Assembly: GCA_041694815.1 (NCBI GenBank)
Contig: JBGFSC010000043.1
Span: forward strand, 1-38,972
Source: Elusimicrobiota bacterium
GTDB taxonomy: Bacteria > Elusimicrobiota > Elusimicrobia > UBA1565 > JACRDR01
Length of the DNA stretch: 38,972 bases
Reading direction: 5' to 3'
Within the stretch, counting starts at the first letter, position 1. Every line of letters begins with the position of its first letter. The notes under the pieces were generated by a model. It saw nothing but the letters and a program-made list of their open reading frames with translations, did not search any database and was not told the origin of the DNA. Positions 1 to 9,556 of this stretch are shown piece by piece. A program made the position numbers and the translations under genes.

Positions 1-137
1 CGCATCTAAAAACAGTGAGACGGTCTTAGAACCGTGCCACGGATTGCAGGCAGTCTTTCTTGGCTAAGCGTACCGCGGATCGCTGGGAACTTGACATTCA
101 ACATAGCAAGCGCGTAAAAGTTGTCGTTGAATTATCG

Positions 138-166
138 TTTACGCCCCCAAACCTAATTGCTAGAAT
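138..166 (+). promoter_or_regulatory. sigma70-like promoter
   Basis: TTTACG(138-143)-17 nt-TAGAAT(161-166) with extended -10 TG, upstream of RBS AGGAGG at 184-189. Confidence 0.5.
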
Positions 167-195
167 CCGCCCAACCCATATCCAGGAGGCTCTCC

Positions 196-492
196 ATGAA
201 ACGCGCGGTGGAAGAGGTGGGAGATCTTTTCGTGACGGGGACGTCCTTGATGGTCAAGCTTTTGCCCAGCCGCAAAGAAGGTTCCAAGCCCATCCGATGG
301 TTCGCCAACGGCTCGGTCACCGACGCCCGCGTGGCGGCCAAGGACATCGCCGCCCTGGTCGGACGTATCCGCCGCAAGAGCAGCGTCGTTCGCGGCCTGA
401 CGGTCATGACCGACCGGGGCCTGCGCTTCGACTTGAAGAAAAGCGGGCTGGCCGACGCCGTCGAGAAGGCCGGCTTTAAGCCGCTCAATTAG
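196..492 (+). CDS. small basic hypothetical protein (98 aa)
   Basis: ATG at 196 follows AGGAGG (184-189); ends 7 nt before the SDR start; no recognisable motif. Confidence 0.7.
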   Translation: MKRAVEEVGDLFVTGTSLMVKLLPSRKEGSKPIRWFANGSVTDARVAAKDIAALVGRIRRKSSVVRGLTVMTDRGLRFDLKKSGLADAVEKAGFKPLN

Positions 493-499
493 GCTGGCC

Positions 500-1267
500 G
501 TGAGGTTGCGCGGCAAGGTCTGCGTCATCACCGGCGCGGGCAGCGGCATGGGCCGCTGCGCCGTCGAGGCGTTCACGCGCGAAGGAGCCAGCGTGGTGGC
601 CGGTGATGTCGACGCCGTCAAGGGCCGCGAGACCGCAGATCGCGTCGCCGCCGCCGGAGGGAAAGCCGTCTTCGTCGCTTGCGACGTCTCACGCGAGGCA
701 GATTGCGCGCGTCTCGTCGCCGAAGGCCGCCGCGCCTTCGGAAGGATCGACGTGCTCTACAATAACGCGGGGATATTCCCCGCTGAGGATCACTCGGTGA
801 TCGATACGGAGGAGGCGGTCTTAGACCGCGTGCTCGGCGTCAACGTAAAGGGGGTATATTTCCTCTGCAAGCACGGCATCCCCGAGCTGATCAAGGCCGG
901 GGGTGGGTCGGTGATTAATATCGCCTCGTTCGTGGCCTTGCTGGGCTGTAGCGTGCCGCAGGACGCCTACACCGCGTCTAAGGGAGCGGTGATCGCCTTG
1001 ACCAAATCGCTTGCCGTGCAATTCGGCCCCCGCGGGATCCGCTCCAACGCCATCTGCCCGGGGCCGATCGAAACTCCCCTCTTGACAGAATGGTTGCTCA
1101 AGGAACCCGCCGAGAAAGCCAAGCGCCTCAACCGAATCCCGATGGGCCGCTTCGGGCGTCCCGAAGATATAGTAAATCTCGCCTTGTACCTAGCCTCCGA
1201 CGAATCTTCCTGGACGAATGGCGCCGTTCTGGTGGCCGACGGCGGCATCACGTCGAATTATTTCTGA
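500..1267 (+). CDS. short-chain dehydrogenase/reductase
   Basis: TGAGSGMG cofactor motif, NNAG, YTASK catalytic motif, CPGPIET. Confidence 0.95.
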   Translation: MRLRGKVCVITGAGSGMGRCAVEAFTREGASVVAGDVDAVKGRETADRVAAAGGKAVFVACDVSREADCARLVAEGRRAFGRIDVLYNNAGIFPAEDHSVIDTEEAVLDRVLGVNVKGVYFLCKHGIPELIKAGGGSVINIASFVALLGCSVPQDAYTASKGAVIALTKSLAVQFGPRGIRSNAICPGPIETPLLTEWLLKEPAEKAKRLNRIPMGRFGRPEDIVNLALYLASDESSWTNGAVLVADGGITSNYF

Positions 1268-2712
1268 TGGACATTCCCCGGCACGGGCTGTGGATCGGGG
1301 GCCGGCGCCGCCCCTCGGCCAGCGGCCGCTCTTTCGACGTCGTCAATCCAGCGAACGGCCGGCGGCTCGCGCAAGCGGCCGACGGCGGAGCGGAGGACGT
1401 CGACTTCGCCGTCAGGGCCGCCGCCAAGGCCATGGAAGGGCCGTGGTCGCGCACGGGTTCCCGCGATAGGGCGCGGCTGCTGTTCGCCTTATCAGGGCTC
1501 GTCCGCGCGAAACTGGAGGAGTTGGCGCAGCTGGAGACGGCCAATACGGGAAAACCCATCCGGGACTCGCGCGACGAGGCGAGAGTCGTCGCCGATTGCC
1601 TCGAGTACTACGCCGGTGCGGTCAGCAAGCATTTCGGCGAGACGATCCCGGTGGGCGCCCGTGGTGTGGACATCACCCTGCGCGAGCCGGTGGGCGTCTG
1701 TGGGCTCATCGTCCCGTGGAATTACCCTATGATGATTGCGGCGTGGAAGCTGGCCCCCGCCCTGGCCTGCGGTAACGCCGTGGTGCTCAAGCCGGCCTCC
1801 TATACACCATTGACGGCACTGCGTCTGGCGGAACTCGCCTCCGAAGCGGGCTTTCCGGACGGCGTCTTCAACGTCGTCACCGGCCCGGGCTCGGTGGTCG
1901 GCGAGGCAATGGCCGCGCACCCGGGCGTCGCCAAGATTTCGTTCACCGGAGAGACGAGTACCGGCGCGAGGATCCAGCGCGTCGGTGCCGAGACAATCAA
2001 GCGCGTGTCGCTGGAGCTTGGCGGCAAGTCCCCGAACATCGTCTTCGAGGATGCCGATCTCGAACGCTGCGCGGAAAAATCGGTCGGTTCGGTATTTTCC
2101 AATACGGGGCAGGATTGCTGCGCGCGCAGCCGAGCGATTGTGCACCGGAAGGTGTACGATCGTTTCTTGGAGGCGGTCATACGCTGGACTAGAAAGCTCC
2201 GCGTCGGCGATCCACGGCTGGAGAGGACGGATTTGGGGCCGATGATCTCGCTTAAGCAGCGCGAGCGCGTGCTCGAGTACCTGCGCGTGGGGCGCGCGGA
2301 GGGGGCCAAGCTTGCCTACGGCGGGACGGCGCCAAGCGGCGCGCTAGCCACGGGGGCCTATTTGAGGCCGGCGGTCTTCGCGGAGGCGACAGCCTCGATG
2401 CGCGTCGTCCGCGAGGAGATATTTGGTCCGGTTCTCTGCGTGCTGCGCTTTGGCACCGAGGAGGAAGCCATCCGGCTGGCCAACGACAGCGAATATGGAT
2501 TGTCGGGCTCCATCTGGACGCGCGACTTGGGCCGGGCCCTGCGTGTCGCCAAGGGTGTTAAATCGGGCGTACTCAGCGTCAACAGCGCCACCAGCGTACA
2601 TCTCGAGGCGCCTTTTGGGGGGTACAAGCGCAGCGGCCTGGGACGAGAATTGGGAATGAAGGCGATGGAACTCTACAGCGAGGTCAAGAACGTTTTTCTG
2701 TCGGAAGAGTGA
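1267..2712 (+). CDS. NAD(P)-dependent aldehyde dehydrogenase
   Basis: TGATG overlap with SDR stop gives start 1267; PWNYP, FTGET, LELGGKSP, GQDC (catalytic Cys), EEIFGP, PFGGYKRSG. Confidence 0.95.
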   Translation: MDIPRHGLWIGGRRRPSASGRSFDVVNPANGRRLAQAADGGAEDVDFAVRAAAKAMEGPWSRTGSRDRARLLFALSGLVRAKLEELAQLETANTGKPIRDSRDEARVVADCLEYYAGAVSKHFGETIPVGARGVDITLREPVGVCGLIVPWNYPMMIAAWKLAPALACGNAVVLKPASYTPLTALRLAELASEAGFPDGVFNVVTGPGSVVGEAMAAHPGVAKISFTGETSTGARIQRVGAETIKRVSLELGGKSPNIVFEDADLERCAEKSVGSVFSNTGQDCCARSRAIVHRKVYDRFLEAVIRWTRKLRVGDPRLERTDLGPMISLKQRERVLEYLRVGRAEGAKLAYGGTAPSGALATGAYLRPAVFAEATASMRVVREEIFGPVLCVLRFGTEEEAIRLANDSEYGLSGSIWTRDLGRALRVAKGVKSGVLSVNSATSVHLEAPFGGYKRSGLGRELGMKAMELYSEVKNVFLSEE

Positions 2713-3511
2713 GCTTATGCCCCGAGCCGTCGAGCCTGTATAGGGCCAAGGCGTTGTCCCAGCTGGCGCGTTCGACCTCCTCCGGCGAGATTCCGAACAC
2801 GGAGGCGACCCGCGAGGCGATCTCGGGTAGGGCGCGCGGGTCGTTGCGGTGCCCGCGGCAGCTCTGGGGCGGGAGATAAGGGCTGTCTGTCTCTAAGACA
2901 ACGGAATCGAGCCCGGCCGCGGCGATCGCCTCGCGCAAGGGACCGTTTTTCGGGTAGGTGATCGGCCCGTCGACGCCCAAGGCGAACCCGAGCCGCTTGG
3001 CCTCCAGGGCGTCCTGGGTGTCCCCCGCGAAGCAATGCAGGACCCCGTGGAAGCGCCCAGCCGGCGCTTTGCCGGCGTAAAAATCGCGTAGGAGCGGCAT
3101 CATGTCGGCGAAAGCCCCGCGGCAATGCAGCACCGCGGGAAGGCGGCAGTCCCAGGACAGCTCCAGCATCCTCAAGAAGGAGGCCCGTTGGGTTTCCGGA
3201 GAGACGCCGCTCTTGACGTAATCAAGTCCGATCTCCCCAACGGCGACCACCTCGGGAAGGCGCGAACGCCTGAGCAGCTCGGTTTCCAAGCGTTCATTCC
3301 ATTCCGCCGCGTAATAAGGGTGCAACCCGAGGGCGCAACGGATGAAGGGCCTGGCTCGGCTAAGCGCTACGGCCTTCTCCCAATCGGCGGGCGAGTCGGC
3401 GATCTCGATGATCCGGACGACGCCGCGCTCCAGGCAGGAGCGCAACAGTTCGTCGCGGTCTACGTCGAATTGGGCGTCGTTTAGGTGGGCGTGGGTGTCA
3501 AAAAAGGGCAC
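2684..3511 (-). CDS. tatD: TatD family DNase
   Basis: DTHAHL, GLHP, VGEIGLDY, LHCR, VLHCF, LETDSPYL. Confidence 0.93.
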   Translation of the reverse strand: MPFFDTHAHLNDAQFDVDRDELLRSCLERGVVRIIEIADSPADWEKAVALSRARPFIRCALGLHPYYAAEWNERLETELLRRSRLPEVVAVGEIGLDYVKSGVSPETQRASFLRMLELSWDCRLPAVLHCRGAFADMMPLLRDFYAGKAPAGRFHGVLHCFAGDTQDALEAKRLGFALGVDGPITYPKNGPLREAIAAAGLDSVVLETDSPYLPPQSCRGHRNDPRALPEIASRVASVFGISPEEVERASWDNALALYRLDGSGHKLTLPTEKRS

Positions 3512-3520
3512 TGCCCGGAA

Positions 3521-3673
3521 TCAGCCGAAATGTTTCCAACGGCGGAGCTTTTGGTTCTCGTCGAGCACGCGTTGGAGCAGGTGCTCCTCGATATCGCCCC
3601 AAAGATCGGTTTCTTTGTCGTTTTCGTCATCCCGGGTTTCCCGGATCGGTGGGCGGGACTGTCGTTTTCGCAT
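3521..3673 (-). CDS. small protein (50 aa, MRKRQSRPPIRETRDDENDKETDLWGDIEEHLLQRVLDENQKLRRWKHFG), absent from ORF track
   Basis: Hand-translated; AGGAGG just upstream of ATG 3673; own promoter; stop 9 nt before tatD start. Confidence 0.7.
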   Translation of the reverse strand: MRKRQSRPPIRETRDDENDKETDLWGDIEEHLLQRVLDENQKLRRWKHFG

Positions 3674-3699
3674 GCGGGCCTCCTGATGAACGGCCCCAT

Positions 3700-3728
3700 A
3701 GTCTAGCCCCCGTTCCCTTAAAATTCAA
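3700..3728 (-). promoter_or_regulatory. sigma70-like promoter for sORF-tatD
   Basis: TTGAAT-17 nt-TAGACT on minus strand. Confidence 0.6.
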
Positions 3729-3752
3729 GGGAAAAAGAGCCGAGCCCCGCCG

Positions 3753-4487
3753 TCAACGGCGGTCCTCATTGATGCTTTCCAGGAGCTCGTTGAAGAGGCG
3801 ATCCTCGTTGCCTCCGACGAGCATATACAGGACCTTCCCGCCGATCAGGAAGGCGCGTGTCGACGGGAACGGCTTGGAGATGTTGACGACGAAGCCGGGA
3901 AGCCCGCCGACGAGAAGCTCGCGCGTCGTGAACACGTCGCCCCGCTTGGAGAGCTGGGCCGTTACGGTGCTTTTGAGCATGGCCGCCCCGGCGGCGCTTT
4001 GCGGCAGCTGCCGGGGGCTGACCTCCAGGCGCAGCAAACCCAACGGCCCGTAGAGCCCTTCGTTGTTGAAATGCGAGGGATCGACCTTATGGGGATAGAT
4101 GAAGACGATCTCGGTCTTGCCCATGTCGCGCAGGATGCTGTGGGCGGAATATCCGTTCGGGAGCTTGAGCATGTAGCCCGAATTCCCGATATATGGGGCT
4201 GACGGTTCCGGAGGCGCATTGAGGGCTCCCGCAGAGGTATTCGACGGCGGTTTATTCGTTTCTTCTTCCTTATATAGAAGCCCGAATACGATCAGGCCTG
4301 CGAGCAGCGCGACCGTGATTCGCAGCAAAAGGGGGGGCTTTGGCGGGGAACGCCTCGCCTCGGCCATGGCCGCCGCGATCTCTTCCTCGGCGACGTCCTC
4401 CTCGAGCAGCTTGTCGCGCAAGGCCTGCTCGCCGAAGCGGGGCAGGTTCTTGCGTAGGTAGGAGACCAGCTTGGGGTTGGGCGGCAC
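3753..4487 (-). CDS. single-pass membrane protein: N-terminal small helical domain, TM, PsbP-like exported domain
   Basis: TM LLLRITVALLAGLIVFGLLY; GYMLKLPNGY resembles PsbP-like fold start; GTG 4487 preferred over ATG 4493 because ATG abuts the -10 hexamer. Confidence 0.75.
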   Translation of the reverse strand: MPPNPKLVSYLRKNLPRFGEQALRDKLLEEDVAEEEIAAAMAEARRSPPKPPLLLRITVALLAGLIVFGLLYKEEETNKPPSNTSAGALNAPPEPSAPYIGNSGYMLKLPNGYSAHSILRDMGKTEIVFIYPHKVDPSHFNNEGLYGPLGLLRLEVSPRQLPQSAAGAAMLKSTVTAQLSKRGDVFTTRELLVGGLPGFVVNISKPFPSTRAFLIGGKVLYMLVGGNEDRLFNELLESINEDRR

Positions 4488-4493
4488 GAGCAT

Positions 4494-4522
4494 AGTTTAG
4501 GAGAGCTGGAGTGATTACGCAA
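4494..4522 (-). promoter_or_regulatory. sigma70-like promoter (probably leaderless transcript)
   Basis: TTGCGT-17 nt-TAAACT, 6 nt before in-frame GTG 4487. Confidence 0.55.
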
Positions 4523-4538
4523 GCGTCACGGCCTTGTC

Positions 4539-4567
4539 TTGCAAAACGAATAGACTTGTGCCATAAT
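4539..4567 (+). promoter_or_regulatory. clpC promoter
   Basis: TTGCAA(4539-4544)-17 nt-CATAAT(4562-4567) with extended TG. Confidence 0.55.
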
Positions 4568-4608
4568 CAGAATGGACCGCGAAGCAGGTTTTCGTCGCGG
4601 ATTCGCCT

Positions 4609-7074
4609 ATGTCGAATCGATTCACGGAAAGGGCCCAGCGGGTGATCCTGATCGCCCAGGAAGAGGCCAAGCGCCTCAACCACGATTACGTGGGGACCGA
4701 GCACATCCTGCTCGGTCTCATCGCCTTGGGCGAGGGGGTAGCGGCCCAGGTTTTGGCGAACCTGGGCGTAGACCTGCGCCGCGTGCGTTCCGAGATCGAG
4801 AAGATCGTCGGGACGGGCGACAACGTCATGCTGCTAGGGGAGATCCCCTTCACGCCGCGCGCCAAGAAAGTGCTCGAATACGCCGTCGAGGAGGCCCAGC
4901 ACATGGGGCACTCCTACGTCGGGACCGAGCATCTGCTCTTGGGCCTCATCCGCGAGGAGGAGGGGGTGGCCGCGCGGGTGCTGGAGAATCTCGGACTGCG
5001 CCTCGACGTCGTCCGCGAGGAAGTGCTCAATCTCCTCGGCGAGGGGCAGACGCCCCAGGTCGGCACACCGCAGGCGCCCACGCGGACCAAGTCCAAGACG
5101 CCCACCTTAGACGAGTTCGGCCGTGACCTGACCGCCATGGCGCGCGACGGGCGGCTCGACCCGGTCATCGGGCGCGCCGACGAGATCGAACGGGTCATCC
5201 AGATTTTGGCGCGCCGCACCAAGAACAACCCCGTGCTCATCGGCGACCCGGGCGTCGGCAAGACGGCCATCGTCGAGGGCCTCGCCCAAAAGATATCCAG
5301 CGGCGATATCCCGGAAATACTCGCCTCCAAGCGCGTGCTGACCCTGGATCTAGCCGCCGTGGTCGCCGGCACCAAGTACCGCGGCGAATTCGAGCAGCGC
5401 TTGAAGAACATCATCGAGGAGATCCGCCGCTCCAAGAACAGCATCATCCTCTTCGTCGACGAGCTCCATACGGTCATCGGCGCCGGGGCGGCCGAGGGCG
5501 CCATCGACGCCTCGAACATGCTCAAGCCGGCCCTGGCTCGCGGCGAGCTCCAGTGCATCGGCGCGACAACACTCGACGAGTACCGCAAGTACATCGAGCA
5601 CGACGCCGCGCTCGAGCGCCGCTTCCAGCCCATCACGGTCGACCCGCCCTCCGTGGAGGAGACGGTCGAGATCCTCAAGGGCCTGCGCGAGAAGTACGAG
5701 ACGCATCATAAGGCCAAGTACGAGGACGAGGCGCTCCAGGCCGCCGCCGAGCTGGCCGACCGCTACATCACCGACCGCTTCTTGCCGGACAAGGCCATCG
5801 ACTTGATCGACGAGGCCGGTTCCCGCGCGCGGCTTCAGACTACCCAGGCCCCGCCCGCTTTTAAGGAAAAGGAGGCGGAGATCGAGGAAGTGGTCAAGGA
5901 CAAGTCCTCGGCCATCAGCGGGCAGGAGTACGAGAAGGCCGCCCGCTTGAGGGACAAGGAGAAAGATCTACGCAAGGCACTCGAGGAGACCAAGAAGAAG
6001 TGGCGCGAGAAGCGGGACCAGACCGTGCCCACGATCACCGCCGAGGACATCGCGACGGTGGTGAGCAAGTGGACCGGCGTGCCCGTCAACCGCCTCACCG
6101 AGACCGAGACCGAGAAGCTCATGCATATGGAGGACAACCTCCATAAGCGCGTCATCGGCCAGGAGGAGGCGATCCGCGCCATCTCGCAGGCCATCCGGCG
6201 CTCGCGCACCGGGCTCAAGGAGCCCCGCAAGCCGATCGGCTCTTTCCTGTTCCTAGGCCCGACCGGGGTGGGCAAGACCGAATTGGCCAGGGCCCTGGCG
6301 GAATTCATGTTCGGCAACGACGACGCCATGATCCGCATCGACATGTCCGAGTACATGGAGAAATTCGCCGTCAGCCGGCTCATTGGCGCGCCCCCGGGCT
6401 ACGTGGGCTACGAGGAGGGCGGCCAGTTGACCGAGGCCGTGCGGCGCAAGCCCTACTCGGTCGTGCTGCTCGACGAGATCGAGAAGGCACATCCGGACAT
6501 CTTCAATATCCTCCTGCAGATCATGGACGATGGCGTGCTCAACGACAATCTCGGGCACAAGGTCAGCTTCAAGAACACGGTTTTCATCATGACCTCCAAC
6601 GTCGGCGCCCGGCTCATCTCCAAGGGCAAGTCGCTGGGCTTCGTCGCCTCGGAAAGCGCGGAGCGCGATTACCGGGCAATGAAGGACACCGTCATGGACG
6701 AGGTCAAGCGGGTCTTCAACCCGGAGTTCATCAACCGGATCGATGAGATCCTGGTTTTCCATCCCCTCTCGGAAGCGGACATGACGAATATCCTCGAGCT
6801 CATGCTCAAGCGCATGGAGGGCAAGCTCAAGGACCAGGGCTACAAGGTGGACGTGAGTCCCGAGGCCAAGAAGTTCCTGGTCGAGACCGGCTTCGACCCT
6901 AATTACGGCGCCCGGCCCCTGCTCCGCACGATCCAGCGCACCATCGAGGACCCCCTGGCCGAGGAAATCCTGCAGAAGAAGTTCGAACCGGGGGCCACGG
7001 TATACGTCAACTTCGACGAGTCCGCCAAGAAGCTGACCTTCTCCTCCAAGCCGATCGCGCGGGTCGGCAAGTAA
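4609..7074 (+). CDS. clpC: ATP-dependent Clp protease ATP-binding subunit ClpC
   Basis: Two Clp-N repeats (GTEH), Walker A GDPGVGKT and [11 protein letters not shown] middle domain ([11 protein letters not shown]), LGF ClpP-docking loop. Confidence 0.97.
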   Translation: MSNRFTERAQRVILIAQEEAKRLNHDYVGTEHILLGLIALGEGVAAQVLANLGVDLRRVRSEIEKIVGTGDNVMLLGEIPFTPRAKKVLEYAVEEAQHMGHSYVGTEHLLLGLIREEEGVAARVLENLGLRLDVVREEVLNLLGEGQTPQVGTPQAPTRTKSKTPTLDEFGRDLTAMARDGRLDPVIGRADEIERVIQILARRTKNNPVLIGDPGVGKTAIVEGLAQKISSGDIPEILASKRVLTLDLAAVVAGTKYRGEFEQRLKNIIEEIRRSKNSIILFVDELHTVIGAGAAEGAIDASNMLKPALARGELQCIGATTLDEYRKYIEHDAALERRFQPITVDPPSVEETVEILKGLREKYETHHKAKYEDEALQAAAELADRYITDRFLPDKAIDLIDEAGSRARLQTTQAPPAFKEKEAEIEEVVKDKSSAISGQEYEKAARLRDKEKDLRKALEETKKKWREKRDQTVPTITAEDIATVVSKWTGVPVNRLTETETEKLMHMEDNLHKRVIGQEEAIRAISQAIRRSRTGLKEPRKPIGSFLFLGPTGVGKTELARALAEFMFGNDDAMIRIDMSEYMEKFAVSRLIGAPPGYVGYEEGGQLTEAVRRKPYSVVLLDEIEKAHPDIFNILLQIMDDGVLNDNLGHKVSFKNTVFIMTSNVGARLISKGKSLGFVASESAERDYRAMKDTVMDEVKRVFNPEFINRIDEILVFHPLSEADMTNILELMLKRMEGKLKDQGYKVDVSPEAKKFLVETGFDPNYGARPLLRTIQRTIEDPLAEEILQKKFEPGATVYVNFDESAKKLTFSSKPIARVGK

Positions 7075-7431
7075 TCAGCTTTTCTTAAGCAAGCGTTCGA
7101 TCACAAGCCTTAATTCTTCGATGGCAAAGGGTTTTATCAGCGGCCGATCGAAGCCGGCTTCCCGAGCGCGCTGAACCTGCTCGGGGTCGCCGGTCATGAG
7201 CGCGATCGGCAGATCGGGATATCGGGAACGCAGCTTCCGGCATAGCTCTATCCCGTCGTCGGCGCCGATCGAGATGTCGCTGAGCAGCGCATCCGGCCGC
7301 TGTTTTTCCATCCGCGAAAGAAGCGCTCCGATCGTTGAGAATATCGCGCAGCCATATCCCAATTCGGGCAACGCCCGAGCTAGGAAGGCCCTCAGAAAGG
7401 AGTCATCATCGATGATGAATATCGTCGTCAA
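7075..7431 (-). CDS. single-domain response regulator (receiver)
   Basis: IIDDD, phospho-acceptor LLSD, MTG, KPF; start overlaps radC stop. Confidence 0.85.
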   Translation of the reverse strand: MTTIFIIDDDSFLRAFLARALPELGYGCAIFSTIGALLSRMEKQRPDALLSDISIGADDGIELCRKLRSRYPDLPIALMTGDPEQVQRAREAGFDRPLIKPFAIEELRLVIERLLKKS

Positions 7432-7943
7432 CGGAGCAGTCCCTGCTCCCGAAAACTGAAATAGCCCGTATCGGTCACCAGGACATGGTCCGTGAGCCCG
7501 ATGCCGAGTATCCGCGCCGCCTCGGCCAGGCGCTGCGTGGCGGAGCGGTCCTCGGCCGAGGGCCGGCGGTCCCCCGAGGGGTGGTTGTGCGCGACGATCA
7601 CGCTGGCCGCGCCGCGCTCCAGCGCCGGGGCGAAGACCTCGCGTGGATGGACCAGGCTCGCCGTCAGGGTACCGATCGAGACCACCTCCTCGTGCAATAG
7701 GCGGTTGCGCGCGTCCAGATAAAGAGCCGTGAAATACTCCTTGCGCTTTCCCTTCAGCCAGCGCAGGCGCTTCCAGACGAGCAGGGGATCGCGCATCTCG
7801 GCCTCCGGCGGGGGCTCGCTCCAGCGCTGTGCCAGCTCGAGGGCGGCCAGGGCGGCTCTAGGGCGCTCTACAGCATCGGCGCCGCGCTCTAATAGCGCGA
7901 GCAGCTCTTGATCCGACAACGCGCCGATATCGGGGGGCCGCAT
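7428..7943 (-). CDS. radC: RadC-like JAB domain protein (short form)
   Basis: KEYF..LYLD..N, GTL..SLVHPREVF, HNHPSGD..PS.ED, DH metal motif. Confidence 0.92.
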   Translation of the reverse strand: MRPPDIGALSDQELLALLERGADAVERPRAALAALELAQRWSEPPPEAEMRDPLLVWKRLRWLKGKRKEYFTALYLDARNRLLHEEVVSIGTLTASLVHPREVFAPALERGAASVIVAHNHPSGDRRPSAEDRSATQRLAEAARILGIGLTDHVLVTDTGYFSFREQGLLR

Positions 7944-8060
7944 TCCCCATATATACGAATCAGCGCCGAAAAAGTTTCATCCTTGACAGGTGCATAAGCA
8001 CTGAGTAAAGGTTTTATAGCATCTTCCTAGCATGGAAGGGAAGTCGTTGAATATAGCCCG

Positions 8061-8384
8061 ATGGAACGGATTTATTCGGAGATCGGCGCGCGGATGCGCG
8101 CCATGCGCCGGGCGCAACGGCGGACGCAGGCCGACGTCGCGGAAGGTGCCGGGATCGATCCCTCCTTCTATGGGCAGGTGGAGCGTGGCGCGAACATACC
8201 AAGCCTTAAGACGTTTCTTGCGATATCCAAGGCCCTCAACGTCGACCCGGCGGAGCTTTTGCCGGGCCGTCCGAAACAATACCAAAAGACTATTGAAACC
8301 CTGATTTCCGGGTTGGCTCCCAAAAAGCAGAGGCTTTTATTGGACTTTGTAGGGGATATGGCGACCCGCCTTAAGGGCAAATAG
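8061..8384 (+). CDS. XRE-family helix-turn-helix regulator
   Basis: RTQADVAEGAGIDPSFYGQVERGANIPSL..IS.AL HTH_3 pattern; TTGACA at 7983 upstream. Confidence 0.9.
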   Translation: MERIYSEIGARMRAMRRAQRRTQADVAEGAGIDPSFYGQVERGANIPSLKTFLAISKALNVDPAELLPGRPKQYQKTIETLISGLAPKKQRLLLDFVGDMATRLKGK

Positions 8385-8470
8385 CGCCGTTAAACCGCAA
8401 CAATTTTGTTATTGCGGGACAGCGGAACATCTGTTACCCTTGTGGAATCCCGACGTGATCGGGCATTGGA

Positions 8471-9556
8471 ATGAGACGATTATCCGATGCGCCACGCCGC
8501 GCGCGGCTCGACCGCCTCGACACCGTGATCGGATGCGCCTTGGCCGGCGTGATCCTCTCGTATTTCCTGGGCGTTCAATTGGACTGGTCGCTGCTGAGGG
8601 CCTCCGGCGGGATGGGCCCCGGCTTTGCGGGCCCGCAGGCCCAGCAGTCCTCCTTTTTCCCGCCCCAGCAGGACGGCTCGGGCGCGGCGGCCTTGCAGGA
8701 CGAGGGATGGAACGAGATGATTCGGCGCCTGGCGGCGGCCGCGCTCTCCTTCAACGGCCGGGTCGCGATCTACCTAAAAGACTTAAAGCAGGGCCGTACC
8801 TGGGCCTACCACGCCGACGATCTTTTCCCGTCGGCCAGCTTGATCAAGGTCCCGATCATGATCGCCGTCTTCGAGCAGATCGAGAAGGGGGAGCTGTCGC
8901 TGCAGACTCGCATCAAAATGCTGCGCCGCCACCGTATGGGCGGTTCGGGCAGCCTTAAGTGGTTCCGGGACGGTTCTCAATTCACCGTTTTGCACCTACT
9001 TGAGAAGATGATTGACGAGAGCGACAATACCGCCACCCGCATGCTCATCGAGACCGTGGGATTGGCCTACCTGCAACAGCAGTTTCCCCGCATGGGGTTG
9101 GTCTATACCGAGATCTACCCGGAGGGCTTAAGCCTCCGGGGATCGAGGGTTTCGGCGGAAAATTACACGACGGCCCGCGAGATGTCCTCCTTGCTTGATC
9201 AGATCTACCGCGGCGGTGCGGTGAGCCGCTATGCGAGCGAGATGATGATGGACATACTCAAGCGCCAAAAAAGCCACGCGCGGCTGGCCAAGGGCCTTCC
9301 CCGCGGCTTTGAGATCGCCCATAAGACCGGCTTACTGCGCCGCGCCTGCCACGATTCGGCCATCATCTTCACGCCGGGGGGAGACTACATCCTGACCGTA
9401 TTGACCGGGCAGAATCGCAGCTACGGCGAGGCGAAGAATTTCATCACGCGGGTCGGGCAGCTGACCTACCGGTATTACCAAGGCGATCCGAGCTATTACG
9501 CCAAGGCCTCGGGCATCCGCCTAGCGCGACACGGCGAAAGCCGCGCCATCGATTGA
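8471..9556 (+). CDS. membrane-anchored class A beta-lactamase-like serine hydrolase
   Basis: SLIK (SxxK), SDN, HKTG motifs; N-terminal hydrophobic anchor. Confidence 0.9.
   Translation: MRRLSDAPRRARLDRLDTVIGCALAGVILSYFLGVQLDWSLLRASGGMGPGFAGPQAQQSSFFPPQQDGSGAAALQDEGWNEMIRRLAAAALSFNGRVAIYLKDLKQGRTWAYHADDLFPSASLIKVPIMIAVFEQIEKGELSLQTRIKMLRRHRMGGSGSLKWFRDGSQFTVLHLLEKMIDESDNTATRMLIETVGLAYLQQQFPRMGLVYTEIYPEGLSLRGSRVSAENYTTAREMSSLLDQIYRGGAVSRYASEMMMDILKRQKSHARLAKGLPRGFEIAHKTGLLRRACHDSAIIFTPGGDYILTVLTGQNRSYGEAKNFITRVGQLTYRYYQGDPSYYAKASGIRLARHGESRAID

Noticed and set aside
1..120. Possible ncRNA or gene start at the left edge
   Set aside because: Only short imperfect palindromes and a TTGACA; too little context to call.
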